Below are positions 45,870 to 56,692 of a stretch of 64,000 nt of DNA, one piece after another. The stretch lies in sequence record MW248466.1, one strand, 5' to 3'. Positions within the stretch are counted from its first letter, which is position 1, and each line of letters starts with the position of its first letter. The notes under the pieces are model-generated. The model was given only the letters and a program-made list of their open reading frames with translations, searched no databases and had not been told where the DNA came from. The position numbers and the translations under genes were made by a program.

Positions 45870-46414
45870 TTATGTTCTTAATGGTAATCACATTGACGCT
45901 CATTATAATTGTACTTATTGCAATTATTCTTTTTCAAGCTAATCAAATAAAAAATATTAATAAAAATAATAATAGATATTTTAACGAAAATGAATTTCAT
46001 AATAGTCAGGATATTTTTGGATCTAATGAAAAAGGAATTATGGACTTCTTAAATATGTCTTTTGCATTAATTTCAGAATATGATAAAAAAGAAAGATTAT
46101 ATGCAGGACATTACTTGTTAAACAATATGAATGCAAAATTTTTAATATTTGATTCTAACCATGAAAAATATAAAGAAGTGACTTCAAAAGAATTACTATT
46201 TAAAAAAGATAAAAGAGAATATCTCTTTTCAAAACAAATAGAAAGACCTAAATTTTATGATCACTGGTCTAATTTGATTCAGACTAATGAAAAACTTAAT
46301 ATTAAGAATTTAAAAAGATTAACGAATAAATACGACAATATCCTAAAACAAAAATTTGACCTAGAACAAATTAATGAATTTAAAAATTATATGGAAGGAA
46401 GAATTACCTTATGA
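45866..46414 (+). CDS. Membrane-anchored hypothetical protein, paralogue of 40890
   Basis: Start overlaps the GT2 stop; N-terminal TM; YAGHYLL and DHWSNLIQTN. Confidence 0.6.
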   Translation: MIMFLMVITLTLIIIVLIAIILFQANQIKNINKNNNRYFNENEFHNSQDIFGSNEKGIMDFLNMSFALISEYDKKERLYAGHYLLNNMNAKFLIFDSNHEKYKEVTSKELLFKKDKREYLFSKQIERPKFYDHWSNLIQTNEKLNIKNLKRLTNKYDNILKQKFDLEQINEFKNYMEGRITL

Positions 46415-46680
46415 CAATATTCAATATATTTAAAAAAGAAGATAATAGATTTAAATTGATTAGAAATAAATTTAAAGAAGAAAATATATCAGCAGTAATT
46501 AAGAAAGTTGATAATCAAATTGAAATTGAGTATTTACTATTTGGTGATAAATTTTGTTTAATGCATCCTTCTTATTATTCAGAAGCTGATACTATGCAAG
46601 TAGAAAATAAAATAAGAGCTGTTATGGCATATTATGGTTATTTAGATAATGAATATATTATGTATGCAGACGTAATTTAA
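46411..46680 (+). CDS. Hypothetical protein (89 aa)
   Basis: ATGA overlap with the previous gene. Confidence 0.6.
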   Translation: MTIFNIFKKEDNRFKLIRNKFKEENISAVIKKVDNQIEIEYLLFGDKFCLMHPSYYSEADTMQVENKIRAVMAYYGYLDNEYIMYADVI

Positions 46681-46706
46681 TTATATTAAAAAAGGATGAT
46701 TAAGCA

Positions 46707-46790
46707 ATGATAACGACATACATCATATTTTCAATTTTAGTACTAGGATTAGTTAATATTATTTCATATAAAAAATCAAAAGCAAAATAA
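46707..46790 (+). CDS. Tiny single-TM peptide (27 aa), absent from the ORF track
   Basis: AAGGATGA leader; MITTYIIFSILVLGLVNIISYKKSKAK; followed by hairpin GGAACTAACC/GGTTAGTTCC. Confidence 0.45.
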   Translation: MITTYIIFSILVLGLVNIISYKKSKAK

Positions 46791-46937
46791 TTTAAAAATT
46801 GGAACTAACCTTTCTATATGAGAGGTTAGTTCCTCATATTTGATTTTTTTCATAAAAAAGAGAGATTGACTGTTATTTTATAAGTGAATATTAGTTTCAT
46901 ATACTTAGAAAAAACTTTTAATTTTTAAGGAAAATTT

Positions 46938-46967
46938 CTAGCTTTTTTATAAAAAATTTGTTATAAT
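46938..46967 (+). promoter_or_regulatory. Promoter-like CTAGCTTTTT-N13-TGN-TATAAT element upstream of the recombinase
   Basis: Same motif and spacing recur at 63939-63968. Confidence 0.45.
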
Positions 46968-47012
46968 AAATAACGTTATAGTATTAAATAATTTTTGGAG
47001 AGTGAATGTTAA

Positions 47013-48314
47013 ATGTCAAAATTAACGAGTAAAATTAATGATTTGATTAAATCAAATCCATCAGTATATGGTAAAGAAGACAATTATACACCTATGTATG
47101 AATCAGGAATTGACTTATTAGATTATAGAAATGGTTTCTTAAACACTGTTACGGATGATGAACGTATTGGATTAATGGGTGGTAAAGTAACTACATTTAT
47201 CGGTGGATCAGGTTCAGGTAAAACAACACTTGCTATTCAAGCAGCAGCAAAAATTGTTGAAAAATATGACAACTCAAGTGTTATTCATTATGACTTTGAA
47301 GATGCAACTACTGATGAGCGTATTTATCAAGTGACAGGTTGGTCTAAAGAAATGAAACAAGAAAAATACACTAAATTAAATAAAAAGATTAGTTTAGATT
47401 CAGTAGATCAATTAATTCGTGGTATTCGTGACACTAAATTGGAAAATGAAGAAGAATTTACTATTCATACAGATAAAATTGATCCAGAAACTGGTGAAAA
47501 AGTTTCATTCATGGCTCCAACAGTAGTTATCATTGATTCTGTTGCTACAATGGCTTCTAAAGAGATTGATGATAAAGATGGTGAAGGTGGACAAATGAAT
47601 GCTACTAAACAAGCTAAAGATAATACAACATTCATTAAACGTATTATCGGTTCATCTACATTAAATTCAGCTAATATTATGCTTATTTTAATTAATCATA
47701 TTACAACTAAAATTGATATTAATCCTTATGCAGCTACACCTAAAGAATTAAATTATCTTAAACAAGGTGAAGCATTACCAGGTGGTAAAGCAATCAACTA
47801 CATGGCAAATAACATGTTTAAGATTAGTCCATCACAAGCTTTAGATCCAGAAGGAAATTCTAATCAAGCTAAATATGGAATTAAAGGTTTCATAAATACA
47901 GTTGAAGTTATTAAATCACGTTCAAATGCAGCTGGTGCTAAATTTGATTTAATCTTTGAACAAAAGAATGGTTTTAATAACGCTTTATCAAATCTATTAT
48001 TCTTACAGAGTGAAAAAATGCTTAAAGGTAATCCAAGAGCTTATCGTATTGATGGTTACGATGATGTTAGTTTCACACTTAAGACTTTCTTAGATAAATA
48101 TCATGGTAATAAAGATTTTAAAGAATACTTTGATAAATATGTTAAAGATATATATAAAGAAAAATTCTTAGCTAGTATTGAACATGAGTCTAGTTTGGAT
48201 AGTGAAGAATTAGAGTTAGTTGAACAAGTTAATAAAGATGAAGATATTTGGTTAGGGTCAGATGGTAAATATTATGATTCTAATAAAAATTCTATTGAAG
48301 TAGATAAAGAATAA
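47013..48314 (+). CDS. RecA/UvsX-family recombinase
   Basis: Walker A GGSGSGKTT, YDFEDA, Walker B VVIIDSVA, LILINHI, ALPGGKAINY. Confidence 0.88.
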   Translation: MSKLTSKINDLIKSNPSVYGKEDNYTPMYESGIDLLDYRNGFLNTVTDDERIGLMGGKVTTFIGGSGSGKTTLAIQAAAKIVEKYDNSSVIHYDFEDATTDERIYQVTGWSKEMKQEKYTKLNKKISLDSVDQLIRGIRDTKLENEEEFTIHTDKIDPETGEKVSFMAPTVVIIDSVATMASKEIDDKDGEGGQMNATKQAKDNTTFIKRIIGSSTLNSANIMLILINHITTKIDINPYAATPKELNYLKQGEALPGGKAINYMANNMFKISPSQALDPEGNSNQAKYGIKGFINTVEVIKSRSNAAGAKFDLIFEQKNGFNNALSNLLFLQSEKMLKGNPRAYRIDGYDDVSFTLKTFLDKYHGNKDFKEYFDKYVKDIYKEKFLASIEHESSLDSEELELVEQVNKDEDIWLGSDGKYYDSNKNSIEVDKE

Positions 48315-48466
48315 TTTTTAAAAGGGATAATTCCAATGGAGATAATATACTTCATTGGAACCCTTTAATTCAAATTTCGGTTCAAATATATATTATAAGA
48401 TTGTGGAATATTAAGAGCATGATATTCTGCAAATATATTCATTATTATAGGAGAGTGTATTAAGAT

Positions 48467-49559
48467 ATGACAAAAGATAAAACACAAAGAATGATAGAAA
48501 TTGAAGATAAGCGAAGTCATGAGTTTTTATCAGAACCTCTATTAATGCCTAATGTTAATAGAACTAATGGTAACAGATCTCAAATGTTTACATCTCACAT
48601 TGGTCAATGTATTCAATTAACTGGTGCTGAACCACCTTTAATTCAAACTGGTTTTGAAAATCAAGTAGGTAAATATTCAACTGGATACAAAAAAGCTAAT
48701 AGAGATTTTGAGGTTATTTATAAATTTGAAAAGAATAAGTACGTTAATTACTATTTAATTAAGTACAAAGATAATGATGAATATGATGTAATTATTAGAG
48801 AAGAAGCTAATCATTTAGCTGAGAAGTTTGGAAATAAATATAATAATGATGAAATTGATAAACTGAAAGTTGGAGATACAGTTGATAAAGAAACTGTATT
48901 ATTTAAAGATCAAAACTATGATGAAGATAATAATTTCCAATATGGAGCTAATGCAACTTCTGTATTCTTACCATTCAAAGGTATGACGAATGAGGACGGA
49001 ATTGTAGTATCAGAATCATTAGCAGAGAAAATGTCAAGTTATTTTGTAAATGTAATTAATATTACTATCAATACAAATGATATTCCTTTAAACTTATACG
49101 GTAATGAAGATGAATATAAATCATTTCCAGATGTAGGGGAAGAAGTTCAAAATGGAGTATTGTGTGCAACTCGTAGATTGAATTATGATGAGATTATTCA
49201 TAAATTCAAAAATGAAATGCTTACTAAAACATTAGAAGATGACAATGCTTATAAAGTTCACGGTAAAGTTATTGATATTGATGTACTTAATAATGAAGAT
49301 ATTGAAAAATTAGAAAATCAAAAATATTCAGAGCAATTTGTTAAGTATATTAAAGAATTAAGACACTTTTATAAAACATTTGTAACTGTTACAGATGACA
49401 TTGTACGTAAAAAGAAATTTAGTAATGACTTAATTAGACTTCATAATAAATTCAAAGGTTATATTGATGATAATGCTAAATTAGTTTATGATAATAATCA
49501 ATTTGATAAAATTATCTTTAAAGTTAAAGTTTTAGAAAAGAAACCTTTAGTACATGGAT
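48467..49559 (+). CDS. Phage multisubunit RNAP beta-subunit C-terminal half (probably non-virion RNAP), exon 1
   Basis: MPNVNRTNGNRSQMF...TGFE, TNEDGIVVSESLAEK match beta motifs; four exons join to 2142 nt, 713 aa. Confidence 0.88.
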
Positions 49560-49721
49560 CAATTAATCGGTCCCATTTTAATTAATGAAAAGAATATTAA
49601 TTGCTGGAAAGTTCTATTAAGAATAATCAGCATCAATGAAAATTGTTCAACGACTAAATATATTCACTTATATGAAATAAGTATGATATAGTCTCATCTG
49701 TATTAAGATAATACAGATTGG
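49560..49721 (+). mobile_element. Group I mini-intron (162 nt)
   Basis: P1 GGAU|C...GGUCC with U.G; core TTGCTGGAA, AATCAGCA, TTCAACGACTAAA, GATATAGTCT; ends in G. Confidence 0.85.
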
Positions 49722-49744
49722 CGAAAATCACCACACGTTATGGT
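49722..49744 (+). CDS. RNAP beta exon 2: 23-nt micro-exon
   Basis: Restores G-S-KITTRYG, equivalent to bacterial GDKMAGRHG. Confidence 0.82.
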
Positions 49745-49921
49745 AAAATCATCTGCCCCATGGATTTGTAAGAATTCATGTGAAAATCTTTTAATTGCTG
49801 GAAGTATCTATTAAGATTAACTAGCATCAGGTTAATATAACTTGTTCAACGACTAAATAAAGATTGTCTATAATGATATAGATTAAGATATAGTCTAGTA
49901 TACATTAAAAAATGTGTAAAG
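49745..49921 (+). mobile_element. Group I mini-intron (177 nt)
   Basis: P1 GGU|A...UGCC; core TTGCTGGAA, ACTAGCA, TTCAACGACTAAA, GATATAGTCT; ends in G49921. Confidence 0.85.
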
Positions 49922-50559
49922 GGAAAAGGCGTTGTGGCTGAAATTGTACCTGATGATCAAATGCCAATGATCACAGAGTTCGATGGAGAAGATTTCACTA
50001 AAGATTCTACTAAAACACCAATTAGTAAACGAGTAGATTTAATTCATAATAATATGGGTATCATTAACCGTGGAAATCCATCAGCTTTAATTGAGTTAGA
50101 ATTAAATCATGTATCAAATGTAATAAGACATCGTATAAGTAAATTAGATGATGTTAATCAACAGAAAGAATATCTATTAGGATATATTAAAGATGTAGAT
50201 AAAATTTCATATGATAATTATGTTAAACTATTTAATCAATTAGATTTATCTGAAACTAAAGAAGCTATTAATGAAATTATTAAAGAAGGTATTGTGTTAC
50301 ATCAAGCACCATTCTTTGGTAATATTGATTCAGAACAATTAAGATACGTATTCAATAAATATAATATTAAGAAAAATAGATTAAATATAAGTAATAGAAC
50401 GTTTATGGTTGGAGATTTATATCACTTAAAACTTAAACATGAACCTAGTGGAAAATTAAGTGCAAAATCTCTTGACTTTAACAATTACAGTGGAATTCCT
50501 ACTAGGACACCCGATAGTAAAAAGTATTTATCAAGAATTAACAACAATCCACTCAGAAT
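49922..50559 (+). CDS. RNAP beta exon 3
   Basis: GKGVVAEIVPDDQMP, VDLIHNNMGIINRGN, YHLKLKH, NNPLRI. Confidence 0.88.
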
Positions 50560-50733
50560 CGTAAAGGTTCTCTTATTAAAGAAATTTAATTCGGCTAAAG
50601 AATATTAATTGCTGGAATAATTTATTAATTAAATCAGCATCAAGTCAATAAGACTTGTTCAACGACTAAATATATTCTACCTTAAATGGTAATGATATAG
50701 TCTTCCAATATAATTCTATTATATTGATAAGAG
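50560..50733 (+). mobile_element. Group I mini-intron (174 nt)
   Basis: P1 AGAAU|C-GUAAA-GGUUCU with U.G; same core elements; ends in G50733. Confidence 0.85.
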
Positions 50734-51121
50734 CGGTGAAATGGAAACATCTAATATGATGATCGGTGGATCTATTAAAGCAATCAATCAATTAACGAAC
50801 ATGTATTCAAATAACCCAGATATGCGTAAACGTTTATTAGTTGAATTGTATACAGGTAATCCATTTAAGATTAATACAGAGAGTATACAAAAACGTACTC
50901 AAAATAATAATACTAAAGTACTTAATGCTTACTTTAGTCCATTGAATGTTAGTATGACATTTGATGAACCTGAAGAAGATGAATTACTGAATATTATGGA
51001 TTTAAATCAAGATCAATTAGAATTCTTAATGGAAAAATATGAGAATTTAGATGATATTAATGATTTATCAGCTAAGGAAATAAATGGCTTAGTTAAAGAA
51101 ATTATTGAAGAAAGTAAATAA
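50734..51121 (+). CDS. RNAP beta exon 4
   Basis: Restores LRI-GEMETSNM, equivalent to QRFGEMEVWAL. Confidence 0.88.
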
Positions 51122-51175
51122 AACAAATTGGAGTAATGGTCATTAATTTGATCATTACTCCTATATTTAAAGGAT

Positions 51176-51730
51176 GTGTTTGAAATTTATCCCGATTATA
51201 ATGAATATTTAAAGAAACAATTAGACTACTTTGGAATTGGTATAGACGATGTAGCATATCATTCTGAAATTAATTACCGTCATAATAAAGAGAAATTAGA
51301 ATCAATTGAAAAGGAGCGTAAAGGAATGGGAATTAATTATCTGAATTTGGGAGATATATCTTTAAATACAGAAGAAACAAGTGGAGTCATAACTGTAATG
51401 GAATTAGTAGATACCATTGATCACTTGATATATACAGAAAATGAAGTCACACCTTTATATTATTTCTTTATGGATAAAATTGATTCACTTCCTATGATTA
51501 ATATGATCAATTATAAAAAGGCAGCTAATTCATTCTATGGAGAATATAAAATATATAATACTGGAGATCATTCAGCTTATATAAATATTAAAGGAGAATG
51601 GAAACAGTTATCATTTAATCAATTTAAAGAATCTTTAAAAGAAGTTTTATTGACTTCACATAAAGAAAGCAATATTGATAAATTATTTAAAGAGTTAAAT
51701 AATTTAGCTGTAAAAGATAATTTTATTTAA
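51176..51730 (+). CDS. Hypothetical protein (184 aa)
   Basis: GTG start; no motif. Confidence 0.55.
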   Translation: MFEIYPDYNEYLKKQLDYFGIGIDDVAYHSEINYRHNKEKLESIEKERKGMGINYLNLGDISLNTEETSGVITVMELVDTIDHLIYTENEVTPLYYFFMDKIDSLPMINMINYKKAANSFYGEYKIYNTGDHSAYINIKGEWKQLSFNQFKESLKEVLLTSHKESNIDKLFKELNNLAVKDNFI

Positions 51731-51816
51731 ATATTAAAAATAGTAATAAATATATATTATAGAATTGAAGATATTTAATCTTCAAAATAAAAATTAATTA
51801 AAGGTGGAATTTTATT

Positions 51817-52197
51817 ATGATCGAGCAAAATTTAGTTTTATTATTAGATGTAGAAGATGAAAAAGTTAAAGGAATTAGTTTCACTGACGATAACCTTAAA
51901 CCTTTAAATACCTTAGAATTAGAACCTGGTGATGAAATTAGTATTAGTGTAACCAATAATAAAGATAAAACTTCAGGTAATGAATTATTGAAATATGTAA
52001 AAGTAAAAGATCTAGATTCTGAATCCGGTGTATATTCTGAGTATATTCCTTTTGAGAATATGTTTAGATTCATGTCAGGAAGTTATTTTTACACAATTAC
52101 TAAACATCCAATGACATTATATGTAACTGGATACAATGAAGAAGCCATGGACTATTTAGAATTGAATTTAAAAAATTATAACCTAGAAGAACAGTAA
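51817..52197 (+). CDS. Hypothetical protein (126 aa)
   Basis: AAGGTGG RBS; preceded by TATATTATAG (51753). Confidence 0.6.
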   Translation: MIEQNLVLLLDVEDEKVKGISFTDDNLKPLNTLELEPGDEISISVTNNKDKTSGNELLKYVKVKDLDSESGVYSEYIPFENMFRFMSGSYFYTITKHPMTLYVTGYNEEAMDYLELNLKNYNLEEQ

Positions 52198-52280
52198 ACA
52201 AAAATAGAGGTAATGGCATTAATTTGTCATTACCTCATTATATTGTTTTATTTTTTACAAATAAGGAGATGAATTAGATA

Positions 52281-54167
52281 ATGGAAAATGATAAATTAAA
52301 CTTTCATATAAAAGATAATTTTAAGTATTTTGAAAATGATAAATTAGAAATTGATAAAATATTTGATTTTAAAGATGATAAAACTAAAGAAAAATTTGAA
52401 ATGTTTTTCAATGGAGTTATATATACATTGAAAAATTTAAGCTATGGTAAAGTATCTGAAATTTATAATGAAACAGTTAAAGAGAAAGATAATGATAGTG
52501 ATAAAATTGGAAGTTCTATAAATTCGATAAGTTATTTAAATAATGAGTTAAAAAATAGAAATTTAGATAAAGAAACTAAAAAATTTTATAAAGATCTATT
52601 AATAACTTTAGAAGCTGATATAAAAAGATATGGTGCTAATTTAGAAGACAATATTATGAATAAATTATTCAAAAATAAAAATATATCAATATCTTATTAT
52701 AGTTTAATAGTACCTTATAATACTGCTAACGACATTGAATTTAATAAAGGATTTTATAAATTTCTTGAATTAGACGATTTTACTAAATTCATAATATTTC
52801 CGTATTATCAACTTTTATATTTATCTAAAGATAAATTAAGAAATGTTAATATAAAAAATACAAATATTAATCTTCATGATTATTTTATTAATATAATAAA
52901 AGACTATATTAAAAATTTAATAGACAATAAAGATGTAGATACATTAAAGGAATTATTAAGTGTATTAACAAATGAGCACGAATATCTAAGATCCCCAAAA
53001 TATACAGATTATAGAATAGGCGATGGAAAAAATCTATTTGAGTTATTAGTAGACAGAAATTTTAATGAATTTAAAGATATACTATATGAAGTAATATACA
53101 TTGTAATGAATAATAATTTAAAGAAAGAATTAAAAACGGAGATAAATTATGACATATACAAATACAATATATTACTGATTGATTTAATGAATGATGAAGT
53201 GGTAGATTATAGACAGACTAAGTTCAATAGTAAATTTTTAGTTGAAAATAATAATACGATTAGAGCTACTGCAATTTCAGATGTATACCGTAAGAATAAT
53301 TACTACCAAAATAACTTATTAGGTCACTATATTAATGATCTATATGTAAATAAGAATAAAATAAATAAATTTAAAAGAGTTAATAAAATTAGAAGTTTTA
53401 AATCTTTTATTTATTTAACTAACCAAAGATGTATTATTGGTGCAGAATCATATTATAAAAAAATATATAAATATTTATTCGATCCTAGCAATTTAACTAG
53501 AGAAGAATTTGAAGTGTCTACACTATTAATTAAATTAATAACATGTAAAACTAGTAATCAATTAAAGAGAGTTATGGAACAATCTAAAGTCAATTCTGTA
53601 TTAAATAATTTATTATCTAAAGAAGAAGTTAATAATATAATTAAAATTGGTATAGAGATGAATATTAATACTATATTCAATGAAAAAGGAGTGAGTAAAA
53701 TTGATACAGTGGATTTAACTGTAGGAAATATTGTAAAACCTTTGTTATATGATAACTCAAATGATTATCAAGAACAAACAGAAATCATTAATTCAATATT
53801 TAAAAATTTTACTTATGATATAGATATCAATTTTGATAGATATCATTATAAAGATTTAGATGAATATTTTGAAACTAGATTGAATCTAGGTCTTTTAAAA
53901 GAATCAAATATAGATATTAGTATTAATATTAATTATAATAAAATTGCAAAAAATACTGTAAATAACATTAAAGATAAACTTAGAGGAAGATATGATTTTG
54001 AAATGAATGAGTTTATTATCACTTATGATAAAATGAGTATTACTCGTTTAACTTCTACAGAATTTTGTAATGGTTTATGTGATTACTTAAGTAAATACTT
54101 CCCAGAAGAAGCTAAAAAGTTAAATAAGAGTTTTAGAGCTGAAATTGTAAATACAATGTTTAAATAA
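52281..54167 (+). CDS. Hypothetical protein (628 aa) ending EIVNTMFK
   Basis: AGGAG leader; N/K/I-rich; no catalytic motif. Confidence 0.7.
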   Translation: MENDKLNFHIKDNFKYFENDKLEIDKIFDFKDDKTKEKFEMFFNGVIYTLKNLSYGKVSEIYNETVKEKDNDSDKIGSSINSISYLNNELKNRNLDKETKKFYKDLLITLEADIKRYGANLEDNIMNKLFKNKNISISYYSLIVPYNTANDIEFNKGFYKFLELDDFTKFIIFPYYQLLYLSKDKLRNVNIKNTNINLHDYFINIIKDYIKNLIDNKDVDTLKELLSVLTNEHEYLRSPKYTDYRIGDGKNLFELLVDRNFNEFKDILYEVIYIVMNNNLKKELKTEINYDIYKYNILLIDLMNDEVVDYRQTKFNSKFLVENNNTIRATAISDVYRKNNYYQNNLLGHYINDLYVNKNKINKFKRVNKIRSFKSFIYLTNQRCIIGAESYYKKIYKYLFDPSNLTREEFEVSTLLIKLITCKTSNQLKRVMEQSKVNSVLNNLLSKEEVNNIIKIGIEMNINTIFNEKGVSKIDTVDLTVGNIVKPLLYDNSNDYQEQTEIINSIFKNFTYDIDINFDRYHYKDLDEYFETRLNLGLLKESNIDISININYNKIAKNTVNNIKDKLRGRYDFEMNEFIITYDKMSITRLTSTEFCNGLCDYLSKYFPEEAKKLNKSFRAEIVNTMFK

Positions 54168-54182
54168 AAAGGAGAATTTAAA

Positions 54183-54740
54183 ATGGATATTGAAACAACG
54201 TTTAATGTAGAAATGATGGAAAATAGTGAAAAAGATTTTAATTATATAATTAGCAATCTTATGTCTTTTCATGATAAAAGAAAGTTGTATAATGAAGTTA
54301 ATGATGACAACGAAGTTTTAACATATATATTTAATAACTACAAAAATGAATTATATGGTCAGAATAATAGTAGTTCAATCGTTAAATCAGAAAATTTAAA
54401 AGAACTTATTAGACATGCAGTTGTTGATTATCATTTATTTGTGTTGTTAAGAAATATTTCATCTCCAGCTGGGTTCCAGGATGTTGAAGGATTTGTTGAA
54501 ATATTAGAAGAGAAGTTATTTAAACCTAAACAAGAAACTTTAAGACAATTTTCTTCAAAAGATGACATAATATATTTATATTATAATACAACACTAAATA
54601 AAATAGTAAAAGTTGATCCTGTTATGTATTTAAAATCTTTGATGGAGTATGTTAAAGAAGAAAAAGAATTCTATGGAGATTTATCTATAGAATTTGAAAA
54701 AGCTGTTAAAAAATATTTAGTTGAAAAGAACTTTAAATAA
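54183..54740 (+). CDS. Hypothetical protein (185 aa)
   Basis: AGGAG RBS; ends EKNFK. Confidence 0.65.
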   Translation: MDIETTFNVEMMENSEKDFNYIISNLMSFHDKRKLYNEVNDDNEVLTYIFNNYKNELYGQNNSSSIVKSENLKELIRHAVVDYHLFVLLRNISSPAGFQDVEGFVEILEEKLFKPKQETLRQFSSKDDIIYLYYNTTLNKIVKVDPVMYLKSLMEYVKEEKEFYGDLSIEFEKAVKKYLVEKNFK

Positions 54741-54754
54741 GTGAGGTTATCATA

Positions 54755-55480
54755 ATGTATGATTATAATAAAGTTAAAAAAGATTTTGATATTAAAAACT
54801 ATGAAGTAGTTTTAATGGATTATATGGATACTAAACAGATGAAAAATAATTACAATAGAAATATAACCGATCAAGAAAAAGTTGATCGGTTAATACCTTT
54901 AATTAAACAACAAGAAAAAGATCAAGATGAGGGTAGAATATTTGAAAATGCTAGACGATATGAACTTCTTTTGGCTAAAACATTTGAATACTCTCTTAAT
55001 GGAAAATTAGAATTATACAAATTAAAAGAAGTCTTAGATTATTACGAAGAAAAAAATCTTTTTAATATAGTATATCCAAATTTTAAATACACTTTTAATG
55101 TAGATTCTCCCAGTAAAGATTATTCTTTATTATCTTTAAAAACTAAGATATTTTTAATTATAGAAACTATTATAGATTTTACTAAAAATGATGAAATAGA
55201 AAATAATCTTTTTATTAGATTAAATTTAAATTCAGAAGAAATAATGATTGATACACTTGATTTAAACGAAAAATCATTGTATAATATCTTTAATCTATCA
55301 AGTAAATATAAAAATGAATTATTATCTTATAATGGGGATTATTTGTTCGCACATGATCAAGTAAAACGTATAGAAAATATGAATAATATTTTATTTAAAG
55401 ATATATATAATGATAAAGAAATTTTAGACTTTTTATCTAAGAAAGTAAAAAATAAATACGTTTCAAAATATTTTAAATAA
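54755..55480 (+). CDS. Hypothetical protein (241 aa)
   Basis: GAGG RBS; ends SKYFK. Confidence 0.65.
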   Translation: MYDYNKVKKDFDIKNYEVVLMDYMDTKQMKNNYNRNITDQEKVDRLIPLIKQQEKDQDEGRIFENARRYELLLAKTFEYSLNGKLELYKLKEVLDYYEEKNLFNIVYPNFKYTFNVDSPSKDYSLLSLKTKIFLIIETIIDFTKNDEIENNLFIRLNLNSEEIMIDTLDLNEKSLYNIFNLSSKYKNELLSYNGDYLFAHDQVKRIENMNNILFKDIYNDKEILDFLSKKVKNKYVSKYFK

Positions 55481-55497
55481 ATAGGAGTGAATAGGAT

Positions 55498-56655
55498 ATG
55501 TCAAATTTAACTATGCAAGAAAAAGATTTAATTATGATTGAAAATAAGTATAATAAATTTTTAGGTAAAAAAGAAGAAATAATGAATAAAGAATCAGAAT
55601 TTATTAAAAATGTATTTGGAGAATTAATGGATTTCATTGTGCATTTTGGACATAATAAATTCTTTAAATCAGACACAATATTTTATAGAGATTATGATGA
55701 AATGTTAGAGAATTATAAAAAAGAATTAAATGAAATATCTAAAGTTGAAGATGATTTAGTACTGACATATTTAAATAAAGTTATTAATGATACTGATAAA
55801 GATGAATTCTATACTGATATGAAGAGAATTTCTAAAAATTATAGTAAAGAGAAATTAATAATAGATATAACTTATATAAAAGCTTTAGATTTCTATATAC
55901 ACATGATGAAAAATGAAGAATTAATGAGTGATATGGGATCTCTTACAGTGCATCCTTATGATTTTAATAAGAGATTAATAAGTGAATACAAGAAAGACAA
56001 TAAATTCTGGGAAAAACTAAGTGATGAAGAAAAGTCAAACGCAATTCAAATGTCTAATATATACTTTGAAGATATTGAAAATAAAGAAATTGGTAGATTT
56101 ACTATTGACGTAACAAATAGTCAAAAAGAAGGAACTGTATTTAATTTTAATGTGAATACATTTCATAAATTTTTCGATCAATTTATATATTTAGATATAT
56201 ATTATTCAGAAGGTTTAATATTTAATTTAATAATGAATAGTAATATCAGTAAATATTATGAGAAATACTATAAAGAAATAAAACATGATATTTTCAGCAC
56301 TACTTATATTTCTGATAAATATGAATATGAAAACTTAGAAAAAGATAAATTTTTAAAAATTTTAAATCGTATAGATATGTTTTATGATATAAATGTACCT
56401 TTATATATTCATAGTAATGAAAATGTATCAAATAAAAAATACTATAATTATCTGACTGCCATGAAGTCTTTTGCTTTAAATAATTTTATTAATCGTTATT
56501 ATGATTCTTATGAATATATAGAATATTTTAGCGAAATTGATGAGGCTGATTCTTTTACTTTAAATATGTTAAGTGACAATAATGAATATTTTAGAGAATT
56601 GACTGAAAAAATAAATAAACAAGAAAAAGAAAGACAATGGTTACAAGCTTTTTAA
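55498..56655 (+). CDS. Hypothetical protein (385 aa)
   Basis: AGGAG RBS; no motif. Confidence 0.65.
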   Translation: MSNLTMQEKDLIMIENKYNKFLGKKEEIMNKESEFIKNVFGELMDFIVHFGHNKFFKSDTIFYRDYDEMLENYKKELNEISKVEDDLVLTYLNKVINDTDKDEFYTDMKRISKNYSKEKLIIDITYIKALDFYIHMMKNEELMSDMGSLTVHPYDFNKRLISEYKKDNKFWEKLSDEEKSNAIQMSNIYFEDIENKEIGRFTIDVTNSQKEGTVFNFNVNTFHKFFDQFIYLDIYYSEGLIFNLIMNSNISKYYEKYYKEIKHDIFSTTYISDKYEYENLEKDKFLKILNRIDMFYDINVPLYIHSNENVSNKKYYNYLTAMKSFALNNFINRYYDSYEYIEYFSEIDEADSFTLNMLSDNNEYFRELTEKINKQEKERQWLQAF

Positions 56656-56692
56656 TAAAAATTAAAGGAGAGAGAGAGAGAGGAGACAATTT

